In this document: positions 40,438-44,886 of the stretch, piece after piece
Numbering within the stretch: position 1 is the stretch's first letter
Layout: each line of letters begins with the position of its first letter
DNA from: Actinomycetota bacterium
Lineage (GTDB): Bacteria; Actinomycetota; Thermoleophilia; Gaiellales; Gaiellaceae
Direction of reading: 5' to 3'
DNA: 44,886 nt
Assembly: GCA_013812265.1 (NCBI GenBank)
Contig: JACCTQ010000121.1
Coordinates: 1 to 44,886, forward strand
The notes under the pieces: generated by a model
Database searches by the model: none
What the model was told of the DNA's origin: nothing
Seen by the model: only the letters and a program-made list of their open reading frames with translations
Translations under genes and position numbers: made by a program

Positions 40438-41211
40438 TCAGGAGACCCGCGTGCTAAGGGTCGAAACGATCGCGGCCAGGATGGACGTGTCAGCCGGAAA
40501 CGTGTCGAGCAGCGCGGCGGCGCGCTCGGCGGTCGTGTCCGCGAGTGCGCGCGCCTGCTCAGGCCCGTGCTCCCGGGCATACCCGTCCCCGTCGAGCAGA
40601 TCGTCGACCACCTGAAAGAGCAAGCCCACCTGGTCGCCGAACCGGCGCCACCCGGCTTGGTCGGCCTGAGGCACCTCGGCCACCCACAACGCACAGCCGA
40701 TGCAAGCCGCGAACAGCCGACCGGTCTTGAGACGATGGAGTGCGAGCACGTCGCCCGTCTCTCCACGGACATCGATGTACTGACCCCCGATCATCCCGAG
40801 CGTCGCCTGGGCGAGCTCGCGGGCCACCTGCGGGGACGAATACGTGAGGGCGAGTCGGAAGGCCTCCGCCAGCAAGGCGTCGCCGGCGAGGATGGCGGTG
40901 GCTTCGCCGAACTCGGCATGAACGCTCGGCCGGCCGCGGCGGAAGGCGTCGTCGTCGAGGGCGGGCAGATCGTCGTGCACGAGCGAGAACGTATGCACGA
41001 GCTCGAGCGCAGCCGCAGCGGGCAGCAGGGAACGAGGCTCCACTCCGACCGCTTCGCCCGTCGCCAGGCAGAGGAGCGGCCGGATGCGCTTGCCGCCGCC
41101 GTCCAATGCATATCGAGCCACGGCAGCGAGCTGCCCCAGCTCGGGCGATAAACCTAGGTCTTCTAGGTATTCTTCGACGAGCTCTCGGAGCTCGTCAGGA
41201 CTCGCCGGCAT
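40438..41211 (-). CDS. ispA: Polyprenyl diphosphate synthase (FPP/GGPP synthase), short form
   Basis: GGKRIRP, FARM HDDLPALD...RRG, GDAL, GGQ..D, LKT and SARM FQVVDDLLD. Confidence 0.93.
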   Translation of the reverse strand: MPASPDELRELVEEYLEDLGLSPELGQLAAVARYALDGGGKRIRPLLCLATGEAVGVEPRSLLPAAAALELVHTFSLVHDDLPALDDDAFRRGRPSVHAEFGEATAILAGDALLAEAFRLALTYSSPQVARELAQATLGMIGGQYIDVRGETGDVLALHRLKTGRLFAACIGCALWVAEVPQADQAGWRRFGDQVGLLFQVVDDLLDGDGYAREHGPEQARALADTTAERAAALLDTFPADTSILAAIVSTLSTRVS

Positions 41212-41395
41212 CGGCCTCTCGCTTCGCCCGCTCCAGCTCCATCTCGACCTGACGGGCAATCTCCGCGAGCTCCGCCAGGATCCCGATCGCGGCATCCGCG
41301 TTGCCCTCGGCCGACACCTTGCCGAGCTCGGCACGCGTCTCTTCGAGGCGGGAGAGCAACTCCTCGGCCCGCTGCAGCGAGTCGGGCTCGGTCAC
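41195..41395 (-). CDS. Small helical protein at the xseB position
   Basis: 66 aa with two amphipathic helices, overlapping both neighbours (nusB stop, ispA start). Confidence 0.75.
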   Translation of the reverse strand: MTEPDSLQRAEELLSRLEETRAELGKVSAEGNADAAIGILAELAEIARQVEMELERAKREADAGES

Positions 41396-41772
41396 GCAGC
41401 CTTCTCTCGCTGGATCCGTCCGAGAATCCCGTTCACCAGCCTGCCGGCGTCATCCGAGGCATAGCGCTTCGCAAGCGAGACCGCCTCGTTGATTGCCACT
41501 TCTGCCGGCACACTGCCTCCCTCCAGCTCGTGGATCGCGATGCGGAGCACGTTTCGCTCCACGGCACCCAGCCGGTCAGCTGTCCAGCCCTGCGCCGTGG
41601 CGCTGATCCGTTCGTCGAGCCGCCCAGCCTCGCGCGCGACGGCCTCGGCCGTCTCCTGGGCGAAGGCATCGACGTCACCCTCGTACAACGACGTGAGCGG
41701 CTGTCCGGTGACGTCCCACTGATAGAGGAGAAAGAGGGCTGTCCTGCGCGCGGCGCGTCTGCCCTGGGTCAT
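41392..41772 (-). CDS. nusB: Transcription antitermination factor NusB
   Basis: RRAARR.AL..LYQ, W..DRL..VERNVLRIA, VAINEAV.LAK.Y and VNGILG. Confidence 0.96.
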   Translation of the reverse strand: MTQGRRAARRTALFLLYQWDVTGQPLTSLYEGDVDAFAQETAEAVAREAGRLDERISATAQGWTADRLGAVERNVLRIAIHELEGGSVPAEVAINEAVSLAKRYASDDAGRLVNGILGRIQREKAA

Positions 41773-43130
41773 GAGAGGGTGAGAGCGCCGGCCCGGCCGG
41801 TCGTGTGCTCGCTCAGGTAGCTGGTCGAATAGCGACCCGACGCGAACTCCTCGCTCCGCAGCACGTCGATGGCGAAATCGCGGGTCGTCGGAATCCCCTG
41901 GATGTCGAGCTCCCGGAGCGCGCGTATGCAGCGTGCTATCGCCGACGGGCGGTCGGCGTCCCACACGATCACCTTGCCGAGCAACGAGTCGTAGTACGGC
42001 GAGACGACGGTGCCCTGCTCCACGTGTGTGTCGAAGCGCACACCGGGGCCAAGCGGTGGGCGCAGACGCTCGATCCGACCGGGCGCGGGCGCGAAGTCCC
42101 GCGCCGGATCCTCGGCGTTGATCCTAACCTCGACAGCGTGCCCGCGCCGCTCGGCGCGACCGGTGCTCTCGAGCGGCTCGCCGGCTGCGATCCGAAGCTG
42201 CTCCCGGACGAGATCGACGCCGGTCACGAGCTCCGTGACGGGATGCTCGACCTGGAGACGCGCGTTCAGCTCGATGAAATAGAACGAGCCGTCCCTGGCC
42301 AGGACGAACTCGAAGGTTCCGGCGTTTCGGTAATCGATCGCATGGCACGCCCGCTCGGCGGCCGCCTCCATCTCCTCGCGCACAGGGGGCGAGAGCGCCG
42401 GAGACGGCGACTCCTCGATGAGCTTCTGATGCCGGCGCTGGATCGAGCACTCCCGCTCGCCCAGCGTGAGGACGCCTCCGTACCCGTCGGCCAGCACCTG
42501 CACCTCGACGTGCCGGGCCGGAACGACGGCCTTCTCGAGATACAGGCCGCCGTCGCCGAACGCCGCTTCGGCCTCCGCCGACGCACTCCCGAAAGCGGTC
42601 TCGAGCTCCTCGGGCGTCTGAATCAGTCGCATGCCGCGACCCCCGCCGCCGGCGGTCGCCTTGAGCAGCACCGGGTATCCCAGCTCCTCCGCCGCCGACC
42701 GAACCTCGCCAGGCGTGCCGGCGCGCTCGGTACCGGGCACGAGTGGGACGCCTGCGCGCGCGACCTCGGTCTTCGCGACCGCCTTGTCTCCCATCCGGGC
42801 CATGGTGTCGGCGCTCGGCCCGACGAACACGAGATCGTTCTCGACGCAGGCCTGGACGAAAGCGGGGCTTTCGGCGACGAACCCCCAGCCGGGATGAACC
42901 GCCTGACAGCCGGTCGTCGTCGCGGCCGCGATCAAGGAAGGGATCCGCAGGTAGCTCGCGGACGCCGGCGGTAGGCCGATACAAACCGCCCGGTCGGCAA
43001 GACGAACGTGCAGCGAGTCGCTGTCGGCGGTGGAGTACACGGCCACGGCCTCCACGCCCAGCTCGTGGAGCGCGCGGATGACACGGACCGCGACCTCCCC
43101 ACGGTTCGCGATCAGGACTCTGGAGAACAT
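41769..43130 (-). CDS. accC: Biotin carboxylase
   Basis: LIANRGEVA, HPG.GF, MGDK, KATAGGGGRGM, ERECSIQRRHQK, ELNARLQVEHPVTE, RINAEDP and YYDSL. Confidence 0.97.
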   Translation of the reverse strand: MFSRVLIANRGEVAVRVIRALHELGVEAVAVYSTADSDSLHVRLADRAVCIGLPPASASYLRIPSLIAAATTTGCQAVHPGWGFVAESPAFVQACVENDLVFVGPSADTMARMGDKAVAKTEVARAGVPLVPGTERAGTPGEVRSAAEELGYPVLLKATAGGGGRGMRLIQTPEELETAFGSASAEAEAAFGDGGLYLEKAVVPARHVEVQVLADGYGGVLTLGERECSIQRRHQKLIEESPSPALSPPVREEMEAAAERACHAIDYRNAGTFEFVLARDGSFYFIELNARLQVEHPVTELVTGVDLVREQLRIAAGEPLESTGRAERRGHAVEVRINAEDPARDFAPAPGRIERLRPPLGPGVRFDTHVEQGTVVSPYYDSLLGKVIVWDADRPSAIARCIRALRELDIQGIPTTRDFAIDVLRSEEFASGRYSTSYLSEHTTGRAGALTLS

Positions 43131-43131
43131 C

Positions 43132-44886
43132 TCACAGCGCGTCTACCGGTCGGACGACGAGTGGCTCCAGCTCGAACAGCAGCTGGCCGAACTCGACCGG
43201 GTCGGCATTTCTCACGTGGATCGCCCGGACCATGCCGCCCGCCTCCGCCTTCACTTCGTTCATGAGCTTCATCGCCTCGAGGATGCAGAGCGTCTGGCCC
43301 GGGACGACGGTGGCGCCTTCCTCCACGAAAGGAGCGGCGCCCGGTTCCGGAGCTCGGTAGAACGTCCCTACCATCGGCGCCTCGACCCGAATCAGCCCGT
43401 CGCGGGACGGCAGGGGCATCGGTTCCGCTCCGGGCCCTTCCGTGACGAGCCCGGTGGGCTCCGCTCCCTCGTCGGTTCGCCTCACGGAGACGCGAATCCC
43501 GGCCTCCTCCACCGTCAGCTCGGCAACCCCGGATTCCTGCACGATCCGTACGACCTCTCGAATCTGGTCCGCCCTCGTCCGCTCCACTCCACTCGACTCG
43601 AGGGTCTCCTCACCACCGCGGGCCCGGATGGAGCGAAGGAGAGGAGCCGCCTCGTCGCCGAACAGCGCCAGCAGCAAGAGTTCCTCTTCGCTCGCAGCCA
43701 GCCCGGCGGCCTGCGAGCGCAGCTCCTCGAGATCGGGAGCCTGCTCCGACGTGCCAAGATCCTCGGAGAGGAGGTCGGCCGCGCGCCGCACGGTCGTGTC
43801 GATCGGCCCCGGAGGGTCTCCGTAGCGACCTTCGAGCAGCTCGCGCAACTCGTCCACAAGGAGCTCGTACCGCGTAGCAGAGAGGACGTGAATGAGGGCC
43901 TGCGAGGCAAGGATCTGGCCGATCGGGGCGGCGAGAGGCGGCCAGCCGACCTCCTCCCGGATCCGTCTCAGCTCATCGAGGACCTCGTCCATGCGATCGG
44001 CTGCCGCCTGGGCGCGGAGCTGCGCGTCGAGCGCTGCGACGAGACCGGCAGGAAGCCGGTGCTCGGCGGCCCGCACGGCGATGCGCGGGGCGATCCGGGT
44101 CACAGGCTCGTCTCCGATGTGCTCGTCCACGAGCTCGGAGGCACGCCAAAGCACGTCGACGGAGACCCCGGTGCCGAGTTCCAGGCCGGCGAGGGCCTGC
44201 GCCAGCCCCTCCCCCGACACGCGGTGCAGCGTGAGCGCCACGGGATAAACCGCGCAGGCGATCCGGTCGGCGCCCGCGCGAGCCGCTTCGAGGGCCGCGG
44301 CGAGTGCGTTGCCGCCGGCTCCCTGCGAATAGATCCCGACCGGAAGGCCGCTCGTCTCGCGCAATGCCGCCACGAGCTCGTGGGCGCGGGCAGGCTCCAG
44401 GGATCCGGACGGGTCGTGCACGAGAACACGGGTCGCCCCGAGGTCGGGCAGCCGCCGAGCCTGCTCCAGCAGAGCCTCGATCTCGCCCGCGTAGCCCGAT
44501 CCGTACACGAGGCCCGCGTGGAACTCGCGGCCGGCCGCGACGATCGCCTCTCCCGCCTCGCGCAGATTCGAGACGTCGTTGACGGGATCGTGCAAGCGGA
44601 AGATCTCGATGCCGTTCTCTGCTGCCGAGGACACGAATCGGCGTGCGAAGTCCCCGCCGACGGGGCGCGAGCCAACCAGGAATCGACCCCTGAGGGCGAG
44701 GCCCAGAGGCGTGCGGGTACGCGCGTTGAGCGCGCGAATGCGCTCCCAGGGACTCTCGACGCCGCGACGCACAGCAGCATCGAAGACGCCTCCTCCACAC
44801 ACCTCAAGCGAGGCGAACCCAGCGCCGTCGAGTATCTCGGCCAGGCGAAAGAGCTCGGAGGCCGGAATGCGGCTGGCAAGCGGCTC
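43132..44886 (-). CDS. accB: Fusion of a degenerate OadA/PycB-like carboxyltransferase domain and AccB-type biotin carboxyl carrier protein (5' end beyond the window)
   Basis: The frame is open to the window edge (EPLASRIPASELFRLAEILDGAGFASLEVCGGGVFD). ESPWERIR, LRG, NGIEIFR..D..ND and G.PPL..P..Q are OadA-like. The C-terminus IREVVRIVQESGVAELTVEE...APMVGTFYRAP.PGA.PFV...EAMKLMNEV is AccB. Confidence 0.88.
   Translation of the reverse strand, partial: EPLASRIPASELFRLAEILDGAGFASLEVCGGGVFDAAVRRGVESPWERIRALNARTRTPLGLALRGRFLVGSRPVGGDFARRFVSSAAENGIEIFRLHDPVNDVSNLREAGEAIVAAGREFHAGLVYGSGYAGEIEALLEQARRLPDLGATRVLVHDPSGSLEPARAHELVAALRETSGLPVGIYSQGAGGNALAAALEAARAGADRIACAVYPVALTLHRVSGEGLAQALAGLELGTGVSVDVLWRASELVDEHIGDEPVTRIAPRIAVRAAEHRLPAGLVAALDAQLRAQAAADRMDEVLDELRRIREEVGWPPLAAPIGQILASQALIHVLSATRYELLVDELRELLEGRYGDPPGPIDTTVRRAADLLSEDLGTSEQAPDLEELRSQAAGLAASEEELLLLALFGDEAAPLLRSIRARGGEETLESSGVERTRADQIREVVRIVQESGVAELTVEEAGIRVSVRRTDEGAEPTGLVTEGPGAEPMPLPSRDGLIRVEAPMVGTFYRAPEPGAAPFVEEGATVVPGQTLCILEAMKLMNEVKAEAGGMVRAIHVRNADPVEFGQLLFELEPLVVRPVDAL

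Overview
High-GC bacterial chromosome segment, about 70% GC by eye (not computed). It is probably actinobacterial, possibly Thermoleophilia/Gaiellales-like; this is inferred from the Asp-type MurA, steA/steB, alpha2-type GlyRS, Gram-positive LexA boxes and many near-leaderless starts. It carries about 42 CDS, mostly housekeeping. The left part holds murA-hisB-like-ridA, an HD protein, a PLP class V enzyme, an EEP phosphohydrolase, GT4, a secreted metzincin-like protein, a LexA-controlled imuB / imuB-C / dnaE2 mutagenesis cassette lacking imuA, a comB pseudogene, a rhomboid, ppdK / M32 carboxypeptidase / ppsR, glyQS, an esterase, DUF2283, recO, grx and mutM. The right part is a long, mostly minus-strand block: OadA-like::accB, accC, nusB, xseB-like, ispA, tlyA, nadK, recN, steA, SRPBCC, steB, GT2::MraY-like, pyrG, [TrmB on +], M20, DUF3866, AKR remnant, ald, deoB, MTase, pdp. 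No rRNA, tRNA, CRISPR, transposase or integrase was seen. Most notable: (i) a carboxyltransferase domain lacking its catalytic motifs, fused to a complete AccB; (ii) a HisB homolog missing half of its metal ligands; (iii) a non-canonical mutasome with no ImuA, a split ImuB and a DnaE2 with an apparently complete PHP site, punctuated by palindromic inserts; (iv) five divergent gene pairs that each share one symmetric TANNNTA -10 element.
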